Made by a program: the position numbers and the translations under genes. Below are positions 25,723 to 40,250 of a stretch of 64,000 bases of DNA, one piece after another (position 1 is the stretch's first letter; each line of letters begins with the position of its first letter). The notes under the pieces are model-generated. The model was not told the origin of the DNA. It saw nothing but the letters and a program-made list of their open reading frames with translations, and made no database searches. The stretch is from Adineta vaga (lineage: Eukaryota > Animalia > Rotifera). The stretch is from contig CP075492.1 in the NCBI GenBank assembly GCA_021613535.1, positions 11,532,001 through 11,596,000 on the forward strand, read 5' to 3'.

Positions 25723-28700
25723 TTATTCTTCATTATCATGATTGTCATTTGAATACGATTCTTGTTCGTGATAACGTGTTCGGAATGGTTTTATAGGAAT
25801 TGTTGATATTGTCGTACTTTTCGCTTGATTATTTCGATCGAATCGTCTCGTTGTATATATTTCTCGTTGTTTGGAAACGGAATCTTTCCATTGAACCGTT
25901 GGTCGGTATCTTCTAGGTGGATCTAATAATTGAGGAAATGGCATTTCTTTATTGATTGGTTCGATACGTTGACGTAACAATTCGAGAAGTGCTCGTCTAT
26001 AGTTTCCCTTTGTATCTGTCTAAAATGAGAAGAAGAAGAATGACGATGATCTTTACACAATGAACAAACCTGAATATGATCAAAGAGTGTTCGATGAGTT
26101 ATCTTTTCAAATTCTGCTTTGATTTGTAACATATCAATTTCCGAACGAGAAACGATAATACGTGTTAAATTATCTTCATTAGTACTTGATCCCTTGGAAA
26201 ATGAATCGAGAAGCGAAAAGATAAAGTTAATATGATGAAATATAATCTTACTTTGAGACTTTTCTTTAATTCATAAGCAAAAAAACGTACTGAATTTCGT
26301 ATAATTCGAACTAGAAAAGATTTCCAAGTCTTTTCTCAGGAATAGAAAAACAAGTTTGAACATACCAATAGCCATTAATGTTCGACTAAGATCAGGATTT
26401 GCACTAGTTTTAATCGAATCTTCAATATCAACGTTTGAATATCGATGATAAACGGCAAACGTTTGTTTTAAATGTGCATTACTAGAAGAAAACAGCATAG
26501 TTATAGAAATTATACAATGAAATCATTTTAAAACCTTCGATTGCATAACAATCGAATAAATGTTGATCCATCTGTTCGCCATTTTGATTGTGATTCAGCT
26601 AAATTTTTCGCATCGTCACAAACTTCATCCTCATCAACTGTATCATCTTCTGGACGATTTGCTTGAAGTAATGCAAGGAAAATTTTTATCGATGGTGTAT
26701 TACGATTCTTCATAATATCTTGCTCAACCGTACTTTCGAATACTATTCAAATAGATTAAATTTTAAAAACAGAAAGAAGCTTTTGAATTTGACCTTACAT
26801 TTGTTATAATAATCGAGAATATGTTTGATTTGTTTATTGGTACTTGTAAGAAATATTTCGATGAGAATATTTTCATCCAGATTCGCATTTTTAAATATTC
26901 GTCGTAATTCATAGCAATTACGTTCAATTGGTGATAATAAAAGAATTTTCAAGATTTTCTTCGAATCATCAGTGATATTCGTGTCAATAACATTGATTAA
27001 ACCCTATTATAGAAATTGAATTGCAATTTTAGTTGGTTTTTATTTTTTACAAGAAAGATAGGATTTACTTTATTGAAAAGATTTTTGTATATATCACGAA
27101 TTCGAATACGTTGAGCAACAGTTCGATTACAAAGTATTCTTATAATAGCTGTTTCATCGATATGCATTTGATCGAAAATATGGTTCAATCGTTTACAATC
27201 TAAATAGAGAAGAATATAAGACAAAATTTTACTTTTTTATTTTTTAATTTTGTTAAATACCTTGTTCGACATCAAAATCAGTAAATCGAGTTATTGTTCC
27301 TTCGAATGATATCGAATCTTTTGTTTTATGAATGTCTTGTAATGACGGAGATTTTACTTGAATAAATGTTGATGAATGATAATTTGATCTTTTAATATCA
27401 TGTTCTGATGATGAACGAAGAATTGATTTACGCTTTGTTGTAGATGAATTTTCTAGTGTTCTTTTTGAATATCGATTTAATTCTTCTCGATATATTTCAA
27501 TTCGTTGTTTCAATTCTGTACGAATACGAATAGCATCATCGTGTTGTTTCTCTCTTTCTCGAATAATTTGTTCGAGCATTGCTAAATGTCGTTGAGTACT
27601 TAATTTTGCTTGACTATCAGTGTTTCTTTCTGTAATTTGTTTTTCAAAAGTTTGAATTTGAATTTGAACTTCGTGAATCGAACCACTAACAGCACTAATC
27701 TGTTGTTCAACAATTTTTCTTTCATGCTTTAATTGATCTATTTTTTGTTCATGTTCTCGTGTAACATTTGGAATAGGACGATGTTTATGCATGTGATAAC
27801 GATGTAATTCTAATTCATATTGTCGATGTAATTCATCTCGATATGTTTGAATTTTTCTTTCATAGTCCACACGACTACGACGAATTTCATGAGTTAATTG
27901 TTCACGAAAATATGTTAATGGTTGACTTGTTGCTATTAGTTTCATATCAATGGATCCTCGAATATCATCAACTTTTATTGAATGTACATCTTCATTAGAA
28001 ATCTTTTCACTTTCTAATACTTCGACTTCGGTTTTTAAAACTTGTTTAGCAAAGATTTCTTCATCGACTTCATAATGTAATTTCGTTTTCCGTAGTTGTA
28101 ATGATTCATTTTTTAATGTATAAAATTGTATTTCATCATTGAATTGTTGGATACGACAACGAAGAAATTCCGATTCAGCTCGTGTCTGTGCTAATTGACG
28201 ATGATATTCAAAAATGTCTCGATTTGTTGTATTTCGTCTGGATAATAATTGTTGATAATGTTCATCATTAGCAATAGTTGTTTGATGAATATCATGAAGT
28301 TTTTTTTCCATATCAGGTTTAGATCGTGTTGCATCTTCAATTAATTGTTGTGCTGTTTGAATTTCTTGACGAAACATTCTATCAATTGTTAAAGAATTTT
28401 TATTCGCATTATTTTGTAACCATTCAATCTGCAATTCTAACGCCCGATTATGAACATCAAAATGACAACATTGTAAAATACATTCAGTTAATGTTTCAGT
28501 TAGTTTTGATAATTCACGTTCTTCATCAATAGAAGATTCTCCATCGATACTTTGAATGCAAGATATTTGTGAATGGGAAGAAGTTCCAATTATTGAAGCA
28601 AGACCATGACCTGTTGATATTGGTGCTGGTTTTATCGTTGGACCAATTGCTGATAAAACAAAATTGCGTAATGAACCTGCATAACTATTGGCGACATTGA

Positions 28701-28824
28701 TACCAACAGTACGAGAAGCAATATATTTCATGGCTGTTGTTGATCTATGAGGTGCAGCTGTTGTTGGACGACCAACTTCAGCAACATCATATTTATTCTC
28801 ATTAAATTTCACGATTTGATTCAT
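25723..28824 (-). CDS. Intermediate-filament rod / annexin core fusion protein, multi-exon
   Basis: Exon 1 (28824-27261) has an IF-like rod (ELSKLTETLTECILQCCHFDVHNRALE ... ELKQRIEIYREELNRY) and ends GTITRFTDFDVEQ. It splices in frame (intron 27260-27200) to DCKRL...IDETAIIRILCNRTVAQR, then three more annexin repeats ending TDTKGNYRRALLELL, then a ~80-aa tail. Confidence 0.85.
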
Positions 28825-29156
28825 TGCTATTGTAATTGAATAGCCGCAATGATTCTTTTTATTCCTGGAAAGACTTTTTTTTCTGTTATCATTCTTCTGA
28901 TAAACTGTTACCTTGAGCTTAAGTCTTCTTCATCGTTTTTTATCATACGAATATACATATCTTCATTTTATATGTTTATTTTAGAATATGTCTGTATTCA
29001 AAGATATTACATCGTAAGATTGTCTTGTCTACAACTCGAGAAGAATTTTTTCATTGAAGTAAAAAGAAATACCCTCGAATATTGTACTATATATTTGAAG
29101 TGATCATGTATCGTTTTTCTTTATTTATTCAATAAAAAAGAACATATGAAAATAGT

Positions 29157-30786
29157 TTACAATTCTTGAATACGATTAGAAGCATTTGTTGTCTGTTGTT
29201 GATGTAATCGAATATGCTTTAAATTTTTCTCAATTCGATTTTTAGCATGTTGATATTGAGTTAATTCATTACGAAGATCATGTCCGATTTGTTCTAACTC
29301 ATCTTCAAGCATAATTAAACGATTTGAATGAGTAATTGTCCAACTTAGAAGATAATCAATCTTATGTGAAAGTAATTGAAGTAGTTTACGATTGAATATT
29401 TTAGGTTTTTTCATTTTCATAGATGAGGATGCTTTGGAAACATTCGATTTTGGATGAATACATAGTTTACTATTCGCCTAAAATTGACGTTTAAATAGAT
29501 GTCGATTTGAATAAAAACTTACTGATCGATTGACTGTTTCTTTTGAATTGATCGTTCGATTGGTATGAAATACATTAGTCGTTGATGACGTTGACTTGTT
29601 TGAATCTTCGGTAATTGTAGATTCAGTCGATGGTTTATAACTTTGAATTTGCGTGAGAAATTGTTTTAGATCGGATAATGCTGCGAGCACATAGATATTC
29701 GATGATGTTTTACGTGGATATGGACCATGAATGATACTAATTATATCAACGAATACGTTTACAAAGAATTCTTCTGAGATACGACATGATATAGTTTCAT
29801 CTTGTAGATATTCACGAAGTAATGAAATACGTGTATGAAGAATTGATATAGGATCTTCTTGTTCATCGAATATATCTGGTTTTTGTGTGAAATGTCTTGA
29901 TGCAATATGAATGAATTCAGTTCCCGCTTCAGATATATACGACTGAAAATCTCCGCGATAACGAATACTAATTAGAACGTAAGCAAAAATGACTTCAAAG
30001 ACATCAAATCGAACATGTATATGAGGAAGAATTGATGTGAGTGATGGAAGTGGAACTATATTCGATTCTACTGCTGGAATTGTATTAGGTAGTGCAGGTA
30101 ATGATGAAGATACTGTTGAAGTTTCTAAATCAGTGATGAGAGCTGGTGCAGAAGTTTTATATAGCCACCAAGGTTTCCATGGTTTGTAATCATTAAGTAA
30201 ATGAGATATGCGTCCATCTTGTAACATTTTTTTAAATTCTTGTTTTTCTTCTATTGTTAAATAACCCCATAATTGATTAATATTCTCATCAGATTCATCA
30301 ATATCATTAGGTAAATCTGGTAAAGGTTCTTCATCACTTGCAATACGTTCTTCGCCATCTTCATCATCATCATCATTATCATCACCGATTTCCTATAAAA
30401 AAAAAGACTTTGTATGTTTTTTTTTATGAATCGATTCTGCTCACTTCTCGATAAGTTTGCGAATCTTGTGTTGGTAATAAATGTTCGAAAAATTCTTCAA
30501 TTTGTTCATCATCTTCATCATTATGAAAATCTTTTTCGTCAATTTTTCTTTTCATTATATCTTCAATTCGTTCTCGAACAAAATCATTTGTTGTTGTTTG
30601 ATTTTCATCACAATTCTCATCGATATTCATGGAATCAATCAATTCTTTTTCATCGAATTCTTTCGTACATCTCTGATGTAAATCATCACGATAACACGTT
30701 AAACTACAATACTTTATTTGACATTTCGGACATTTATATGGTGCTGATTTTTCTTGACAAATTTGACATAGAATATCGTAATTCAT
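29157..30786 (-). CDS. ZNHIT2: Zinc finger HIT domain protein 2-like
   Basis: CQICQEKSAPYKCPKCQIKYCSLTCYRDDLHQRCTKEF HIT finger; LWGYLTIEEKQEFKKML...KPWKPWW motif. Confidence 0.85.
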
Positions 30787-31306
30787 CTTATTGTTATTTG
30801 ATCTAAAAGTAATTCAAAGATTCGAGATAAAATTTGTGTAAGTTTATTCTTCTTTTAAAAAACAAACTAAAATGTAGAAGATTTGTTTTTCAAAAGCTTC
30901 AGTCAAGTTGCCGCGGCACGCCCATCTAGAAAAAAACATGTGCTTGTGTGTAGTAAAAAAGAACTCAAAACAATAATAATAATAATAGTAACAACAACAG
31001 AAACGACAAATGTTTTATGAAATAACAGTATGTAATATGGGGGGAAAAGGTCAGATCGACGTGTTTGGAAAGTAATGTAAGAAAGAAAACACAGATCAGA
31101 ATTCAAATGTCTCGAGTTGTTCGTTTATGTAATAGTTTACTCATTTGCCAAAAAAAAAGAACAGAGAAACACTGGGAAAACAATCGTGAGATATAAAAAG
31201 CGACGACGACGACGAAGAAGAACGTATCACGCAGTATACTATAAAAGAATAAAAAACAGATCACGTAGGACGGAATGTAAATAGAATAGATTGATCAATG
31301 GTTCGT

Positions 31307-34300
31307 TCAGAATTGAATTTTTCCTTTGGCGATTAAACTGCATATTTCAGGTGTTAATCTTTCGTAGGTCTGTTTCGTAAGATTTAAATAATAGATTGGT
31401 TCAGTTACACGTTCGAGATCATAACCTTCTTCTTGAAAAATAGTCTTTTTTACTTTAAATGTACCTGAAAGAAGCAGAAATGTATTTTGTCTAGCAAATC
31501 ATTCATAGAAACAAACCAGTCATTTCAATATGTTCTGTCACACGAATAAAACAGGGTCGAGAATACGTGGGTAGACCATGTTTTTTCATATCACTAGCTA
31601 ATGTATTCATATTGATTGATGCCGAATTACTCTCAAGTACCACCGCCATTCCTGCTTTTCCATCAGTTTCTAAAACAAAGAATATTGTTAGAATTTTTGT
31701 CACGTCATTTCCAAAATTCTGTTCATCATCGAAGATTGGAAAATACTATCAAACCTGGTATAGAAACACCAAAAACCATGACATCATTTTGTTTCAAAAT
31801 GTCCATAAGAATATTTTCCACTTCAACTGTTGATACATTTTCACCTTTCCAACGAAAGGTATCACCCGTTCGATCACAAAAATATAAATATCCATATTTA
31901 TCGGCTACCATAACATCACCTATTCAAAGAAGACCAATATATTTCCAGAGCCAAACTTTCACAATCATTATTTCTACCTGTATTAAAGGCACGATCACCT
32001 CTCTTGTAAATATCTTCAACAATTTTTCCCTTTGTTCCAGATGGATTGTTTACATATCCATCAAAAGCATGTAATAAACTCTTTCCAATCATTCCCAATA
32101 GTAGTCCTCGTTCACCTGCTTTACATCGTACACAGATCTTTGTTTTTTCATTACGTATTGGTTCCATCGTGATCGGATCGAATCGAACAAGTACACTTCC
32201 AAGTGCACGTGGAACAATTAATGAATAAAAACCACAAGCACCCGGATGAGAATCAACATTAACTACAAGAAAAATGTAAGTGAAAAGATCCATCGAAGAA
32301 TGATATCTACTTACAAAAGTACGCATTGCTTTCAGTCGCAGCATAAAATTCATAGACATTCCGGACATTGAATCTTTCAACAAATGAACTCCATAAGTTT
32401 TGTCTCAAGCCATTACCAGTACACAGTCGGATGGAATGTTTTTGATCATATTCACCAGGTGGTTGAGCAAGTAAAAAACGACATAATTCACCAACATAAG
32501 TAAAACCCTATATTTCAAGGAAAAACAGAGATAAATACAGATTTTTTCTACGAAATACTTACTGTGCATTTATATCTGACACAATCTTTCCAGAAATTGG
32601 AAGCCGAGAATTTTTTGCGTAATACTGTTGTACAACCACCCAATAGACTAAAAAATGAAATTCTTCAAAATGTTTGTATGTTATTTGATTCTTACCTATA
32701 GCTAATACAAATCCAACCGCCTACGAAAAAAATAAGATGAAATGCGAAATAGATTTTATTTAAAGAAAAAAAAAGAAATATACCTAATGAATGATAAAGT
32801 GGAAGAGTATCATACATAATATCTTTGTCATTAATACCAGTGGCGACGATAAAACCAAATGAACCAAGTAAAAATCTGTAGGAGAAAGAAAAGTTAATTA
32901 TAATCTATGTGAAATAGTTCATACTATTAGTTTTACCGCACAACTACGTTCTTTTGATCTTTCAATCTCACTATCTAACTAATGTCATATGAGTTTTTAG
33001 ACGTTTTGTATTTGTAGGCAAAAGAATCGAGTATGTTAATAATATACAATCACAAACTTGATCAAATGTCGTTTTTTTTTATGATTTATAGAACAGTAAA
33101 TATCGATAGTAAAGAGAGAGAATATTCAAATTGATAAGATTTGATAGATAATATTTTGTCAGTTAAATTAATCAATAGCATTATTTCTTCAATAGATTAA
33201 TTGTTTCAGACGGTAATGCGAAGAGATCTTATTCTACTAAGTAGTTGAAAGAGTTCATTCATCTTCTTTCATCAAGAGAAAAATAACACATGAATTAGAC
33301 TGGAATATTCATTTCAAGTCTTTTCAATATGATTTCACAAGAAACTACTAATTAATAGTATCTTTTCGTTTGGAGAATATATCTCTGTCATAGTCTTTTG
33401 AGATCTACTATTCTATTCCTTTTCATTATCATTGAACGAACCTTGAATGTTTAATAACAGCAGCTTTTGGTAATCCTGTAGTCCCCGAAGTAAAAATATA
33501 TAGAACAGGATCTATGAAATGAAGAAAATATGTATATATATATTTTATTGTATATATCATTTTCTAAAATATTACGTTTTAAATCAAATGGAATAGGTTT
33601 TGTTGGTTTACTTGAACATTGTGCTAATCTTTCATACAAATGAATGGCTTCAAAATCATTTGTTGACGTATGACCATTAGTTATTTTGATTGTTGATGTA
33701 GATTTAGGATCGAATAGATAAACTTTATTAATATTTAATTCCTTCAATTCATTTTCGATTTCTAAACAACAAAAATACATCGATCGATAACAAAGAGACT
33801 ATTCAATATTTACCTGGAAGAAGTTGTTTGGATGTAATAATACCTTTTGCATTTACTGTTCGTATTGAATGAAGAAGTGGTGTAGCACGAAGATTGGAAT
33901 TAATTAATGCAGTAATACAACCGATTTTACTTAAACCAATCCATACACATGGATATTCAATTGAATTATCTAAGACAAGTGCAATAACATCACCATGAGA
34001 ATAACCTTCAGCTAGGAAAAAGTTTGCTAATTGATTTGTTAAATCTTCTACCTAGGAAAAGAAAAGATACAATAATTGAATGAAATTTTTTCTTTTCATG
34101 ATTCAATTTAACAAACTTCTTGAAAGGAAAGTTTGGTTTCTTCTAGAACGAAACATGGTTTCGATTGATAATACTTCACATTGCTACGAAATAACGCAAG
34201 AAAATCTTGTTTTCGATAAATATAATATTGAATTAAAAATGAATGTCGAAGAAGTTTACAGAGGCCGTGTATATCACGTGGTAATGTTCGAAGGATTGAT

Positions 34301-34350
34301 AAGAAATAATCGCACAACCATAGAAAATAAGTCCAAATTTGATCGAACAT
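31307..34350 (-). CDS. SLC27A: Long-chain fatty acid transport protein / very-long-chain acyl-CoA synthetase (SLC27A/FATP), multi-exon
   Basis: [16 protein letters not shown]-binding motif; [10 protein letters not shown]; [26 protein letters not shown]; DGKAGMA; EMTGTFK. Confidence 0.93.
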
Positions 34351-34979
34351 CTAGAAAAGAAAACACTAACGAATGTAATGAGCTGTTTGTTTGTTTCGCT
34401 TCAATTCACATTTTATATATCCGTACAGATCATTGTCATGGTTAATGTTATTTTTGTTTCGAAGAAAGAGCATGAATAAATATAAATCTACGCATACATC
34501 GCCATGAGTATGAGTAAGAAGAGACCGCGAATGAAAGAAAAATGACGAACGACCGTTTTTTTTTCTCCTCTTTTTCTTTCTATTTTAATAATAACGTCGA
34601 AGAGAAACAGAATGAAATGCAAAGAAAAGTATAAAAAAAAAGAAGAAATCAAACATTTTCTCGTTCTCTTTTTCCTCAACATGATTAAGAGTCATGCACG
34701 TTGAATTAATGGGATATAAACGACGTACTAACATTCTTCTAGATAGACGACATGCCTTTGATATAACTAACACTAGACAAAGTTTTTTTGTTTCATTTTT
34801 GTTAAACTATGAAAAGGAGAAGAAAAACAAATGATTTTATTATTTCATAAAGCAAAAACGTAGCAGTATATATTTTATATTTGTAAGAATATTCAAATAC
34901 ATAAAATCTAGATACAAATATTTGAAGAGATTTCTTTTAGTTCGAAGATAAGAATTTCACATGTTTTTTTCTTCTTCTT

Positions 34980-36608
34980 TTAACAAAACTCATCACCAAA
35001 ATCTCCTCGATAATCAATATCAATTCGACATATTGGACACCGTTTACTTTGTATTAACCATCGATCAACGCATTCAATATGAAATAAATGCATACAGGGT
35101 AAACGACGTACATTATCATTCGAATCATATTCACATAAACATATTGTACATTTTTCATCCATCGAATGAGTTCCTTTTATATATTTAAATGATAATGTTC
35201 GGCAATTGATTTGTTCCGTAGTGGCGCCTAAATTTGATAAATGATTTAAACCATTTAATTGTTCTTCCATACGTAATAATTCTTCGAGAACATGTTCATT
35301 ATGATGCAGAAAAAGTGGATTACGAAATGAACGTAAAAATAAAGGTGTTGGTGGCCATGAAGTATTATTGTCTATCCTTGTATTCATATGTATATTTGAA
35401 TTTAAATTAAATGTTGTGATCGGTTGAATAGTTAAATGTGTATGAATATGATTATTAGTTGATAATGTTGTGGGATTACTTAATAACGCATGAAGATGTT
35501 GATCTGCAGTAAACATAGGTGATGATGATGCCGGTGATGATGTAGGATTTTGAAATGCACTTAAACGTTGACGATGTAATTCGGATGTTAATTGTTGACG
35601 ATATTGATGACGAAGATGAGCGGGATGATGAAGACGTGGGATTGATGGGAGTGACATTGGTTGATGATTACTTTGAGGTATTGTAGATGTACGTTGTGAA
35701 CAAGAACATGAGGAGTTTGATGAATTAAATGGGGCAAAAAGTTCATCATCACTTGAATCGATTGTATTAGCTGATATGCGATTGATTTGATCATAGAGTG
35801 AACTCGTTGAATTTATCAATGAATTTGATATATTGATCAAATCAGAATTATTGTTAATAGTCGTAGTCGTAGGATCATCATCATCAGATGATGAAGATGA
35901 ACATTCTTGAATTTGTAATTGATGAGACGACGACGACGACGACGATGACGATGAAGAAGAAGATGATGATGATGATGGTGGTGGTAGACCTTTTTAAGAG
36001 AGAGAGAGAGAAAAGGATCAAGGATTTATGAAAATAAGTTTATATAATCTACCTGTAGATGATTGTAAAGGACGAAACCGTTTGGATGGTTTATATTCAT
36101 TGGATATCGATCGTTTTCTTCGATTAGTAGATGATGAATAATAATTTTGATTAAGATTTGTATTATTTGATAAGCTTGGATGTTGTTCATGAGTACTATT
36201 TGATGTATATTTATTTAAAAGAGTTTTATAACGTGGTAAACTTCTTGTATTTGTTGATGGTAATATTGATGATGATGATGATGAAGATGAAGAATCTGAA
36301 TATTGAATTATTTGTGAAATATGTATGAAAACAACAAACAATTTCTTACCACTGTTTGTAGGTGTAGAAATTGCATATGGTGTAGGTGGTCGAATATTTC
36401 TTAATATGTCATGATTATTAGTTGTAATTTCAATGGGTAAAATCGTAGAATCGACATATTGTTCAGAATTCAGAAGAAGAGGAAGTGTACCATTGGTATT
36501 AATAGTAGTACTTTCATCAGCAAGAAATTCAGCAAATGCTACGTTCATTGCTGATGTCACTTCTTCTGGATTAACGATCGATGCTGGCTGTTGTGGTAGA
36601 ATGTTCAT
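34980..36608 (-). CDS. Arkadia (RNF111/RNF165)-like RING-H2 E3 ligase with poly-Ser tracts
   Basis: [10 protein letters not shown]...[12 protein letters not shown]...[47 protein letters not shown]; GAC/GAT repeats encode poly-Ser. Confidence 0.85.
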
Positions 36609-38788
36609 TTAACAATCTAAAGAAGAAAGAAAAAACGGAATATGTATTTCCTTTGAGTTCTTGTTTTTTTGTCGAACAAATCAATGAAAGAAATTCTTAC
36701 AACACGATTTTCTCGATCAGTACAAAGATATCATGATGACGTTGGTATATTTACTCCCGTTACTACTGCTATTGCTTCTTTTTCCTTTTTTCCCCTCTCG
36801 CTTCTATATTCTACTCGTCGACCGTTGCTCGGGAACACAGAGAGCACGCGAGCATGTTCGCCTTCGCTTTTACGATAATAAATGTTTTTCTCCGATCTTC
36901 CATCCTTATATAGTTCAACATAAACTATTCGCGTTACTGCGTATTATGCACTCAAAGTAGAAAAGGAAAAATAGATCATGTCAAGAACGTCTCACTGAGA
37001 TACGATACATTTCATTTTTTCCACCATTCATCTTGTTTTGAATGCAAAAAACGAACTTGTATAATCGTTAACATAGTTGAGACAAGAGATTGTGAGGACA
37101 TAATCGATAGAAGTAAAGAAGAACGTTTCTTTTTTTTCAAACATTGAGTACACATAGTCGTGAATGTCGAATGTGTTGCAAATAAAAGACGACGACAACG
37201 ACGACGACGACGACGGTCGTGCAAATCATCACGATGGGGCGAACGAATATATATATATATATACATTTATGTTCTGTATAGTAAGAAGAAAAGAAGAAAA
37301 AAAAATAGGCGAGAAAAAAAACGCAGTCAAAAGACTTCAGAGGCGTATACACCTATATAGAATCAGCCAGTAATATTTCTCTTTTTTTTCTGTCTACTCA
37401 TCACATGTGATTACTAAACAGAAAAACATCATGATATTATCTACTACTCGTTTATTCATCAATATAAAATATTGAAAAATTTACAAAGAACAATAAAAAC
37501 TATGTTTTCTCTTGTGTTATTGTGAATAGTCGAATACTTGAAATTCGTACAATGACTCAGACGATGATCTTGACGAACTTTTCTAAAAGAGAATAAATAA
37601 ATATCGCATTGAAACATTTTGTTTACGACAAATAATTGGTTAAAAATGTACAACGGGTGAAATCAGAATATGTGATGAAAAACACACGCCTGTTGGAATC
37701 GTTGTTTGAGAAAATCGATTTTGCACTTTTTAACTTTATATAGAAAAAGTTTCAAACTTTCTTATAATGAAAAAGAAAGAAAGAACTTCGAAAAGTGCAG
37801 GTATCTCAAGTTTAAATTCGAAATGGTGAAATAATTGTAATGTTTTAAGTGAAACTTACTTTAGGTCTACTTTTATGATCCTTCAAAATAAGATCATTTC
37901 CATTCAAATAGATCAAACTAAATCATCAATTTTACACTATTGTACATCATAGGATAAGATGAGACTAGAATAAGAAATAGTAATAGTAAACTAATTCTAT
38001 TATAATTAATTCAATTCTTTACCTATGAAATAAAACAACACGAAGGAAGATCAAACATTATCATTATCGTTAATTTTATTGAAATGAATCGAAAAATTTA
38101 AATTACAATCATATCCAAAAATGAAATGAAGACTCCGTAGCCTCCTTCAATAGTAATCGACCGATCGAAGTTTTGATGCATTTCAATATAAATAGATGTC
38201 GTTATATACTAAATGAAAACGATGAAACTAGAACTTCTTTTTAAGCAGTGTATAATGTTCATTTCTTTTGTCAACATGTTCTTTTTCTTTTCCTTTTTTA
38301 TTGAATTCTATTAAAATACAAAAAAAAGTAATTATCATTGAAATTTTTTGATCTAGTGATCTAGCGCGAACCATAACCTGCATTTAGTTTATTCATTTTA
38401 AGAGAAAGGAAAAGAAATTAGAACTAAAAATAAATATGAACTATAAATAATAATTTCCTGAACTGAGTCAAAATTACGTTATCCATCTATTTCGTACAAA
38501 ACTAAACGAATTGCTATCAGTATCCTCTGATATAAAAGAATATTCTTTTGCACTTATGGATCATATCGAGAAGATATTTTTATGATCAATGTACTAGTGT
38601 GGATTTATAAGAAGATGTACAACATCATATTTTAAATCTTCAAGGAAATTCTTTCGTTCCACATCAGTATGATTCAATGATCTTATTTTCGAATTGATAT
38701 TAAGACTTTGTTTGACCTATTTATTATAAATTGAATTAAGTAACTCATGATAAAGATATAGAACTTCAATGAAGAGGAAAAAAATGTA

Positions 38789-39883
38789 CTAGATTATATT
38801 TGTACAAAGTTCATTTCGTATATCTTCGAGTGTTGATTGTACTATCGAACGAGATTTGTCTAATTCTTTCTTTACCATTGAACTATCTGGATTTTCTAAA
38901 TCTGTTAAATACCATGGTGCTAAATTTGTTACAAATCGGTTGAAGCTTTCCAATAAAGAAAACTTTTCAATTGTTCGCGGTGTTAAAACATGTCGTTTTT
39001 CTAATTCATCATAAAAGATCTTTTGCATTTCTTGTTCATTATCATCAAGAAAATGATTGTAGGAAGTGAAATATTCTTCCGAACATGGAAATGAACCAGA
39101 CCATTCCCAATCTACAATACCAGTAATACGTGGACAATTAGGATCGCTCATTGATATTAAAATATTTTGAGAATCTAAATCTCCATGTGAAAAAACAAAT
39201 GGTAACTGATCGAATGATGGAAATTGTAGTTTATCAAATTGATCAATTGCATCAAGAATTGAATCTTTAATTGGTGAAAAAACGCTATTTGTATTCAAAG
39301 AAGATATTTCTGATTGAGCACGTGTACGAATGAATTGTTCATAAGTTAACCAAGGTCCAAGTTGGTTGAGATCTGTACCAATTTGTCCATTGCTTGTCAA
39401 TGCACCAATTTGATTAAAACGTGGAATTTTAAAATGCATTTGTGCAACACAATCAGCTAGATCTTGAATAATAGATTTTTTTGCATTAAAATTTAATGTT
39501 TGTTTTTGACAAATTTCATTTAAATTTTCTCCCGATAAACATGTCATTAAAATCCATTCGACACCAAATTCATTATTTCGATCCGATGAATAAGCAAGAA
39601 CTTTGGGTACAGGAATTGTGGTATATTCAGCAAGTAATTGTAATGCTTTTACTTCTGCTTCCGTTTTTATTTTAATCCAATATCGACCACCAATTTTAAG
39701 TACATATTTTTGAGTATTTTCAATAGTATTGATGAAAAAAATTAAATTATTATAGCCAATATCATTACATTCAAACAAATTTATCGTTTCATTCAAATGT
39801 GTTCGAATTAAACTATCAGCTTGTGCACGTGTAAATGAAATTCCATATCGAGGTCCTTTTCTTTCTAAAATTTCTGAAGACAT
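38789..39883 (-). CDS. Aminoglycoside phosphotransferase/choline-kinase-like (APH family) enzyme, intronless
   Basis: YVLKIG, EVKALQLL...TTIPVPKVLAY, Brenner motif HGDLDSQNILI, GIVDWEWSG. First ATG at 39883. Confidence 0.9.
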   Translation of the reverse strand: MSSEILERKGPRYGISFTRAQADSLIRTHLNETINLFECNDIGYNNLIFFINTIENTQKYVLKIGGRYWIKIKTEAEVKALQLLAEYTTIPVPKVLAYSSDRNNEFGVEWILMTCLSGENLNEICQKQTLNFNAKKSIIQDLADCVAQMHFKIPRFNQIGALTSNGQIGTDLNQLGPWLTYEQFIRTRAQSEISSLNTNSVFSPIKDSILDAIDQFDKLQFPSFDQLPFVFSHGDLDSQNILISMSDPNCPRITGIVDWEWSGSFPCSEEYFTSYNHFLDDNEQEMQKIFYDELEKRHVLTPRTIEKFSLLESFNRFVTNLAPWYLTDLENPDSSMVKKELDKSRSIVQSTLEDIRNELCTNII

Positions 39884-40250
39884 CTTAGATTGCAATTAAA
39901 AGAAAGATTGTCATCAAGATTATATAGATCAAACATGTTATGTCGAAATTTGCTACCAGTTATGACTCATGAGATAAGAATAAGAAAATTTATTTAATGA
40001 ATAAATAAAAAGAAGATTTTACTAATCATTCATTCGTTAATATAATCTACTAACAAATATCGAGAACGAGCGAGCGAGCGCCAGATGACTTTTTCTATCG
40101 ATTGGTTATTCTTTTTTTCCAGTACAACGAAAGGAAGGAAGGAAGGAATGTACGTATGTAGAGCAGCACTTCTTTTTTTTCTGTTGTTCTTAGATTCTTT
40201 TCATTTGCTTCTAAGGCAATGCGAAAACAGAAAAAAATCTACATATTGTG

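Noticed and set aside
36669-37373. Cluster of short ORFs with poly-Arg/Asp/Val
   Set aside because: Products of (GAC)n, (TA)n and poly-A tracts in the 5' UTR/promoter region of the Arkadia-like gene.
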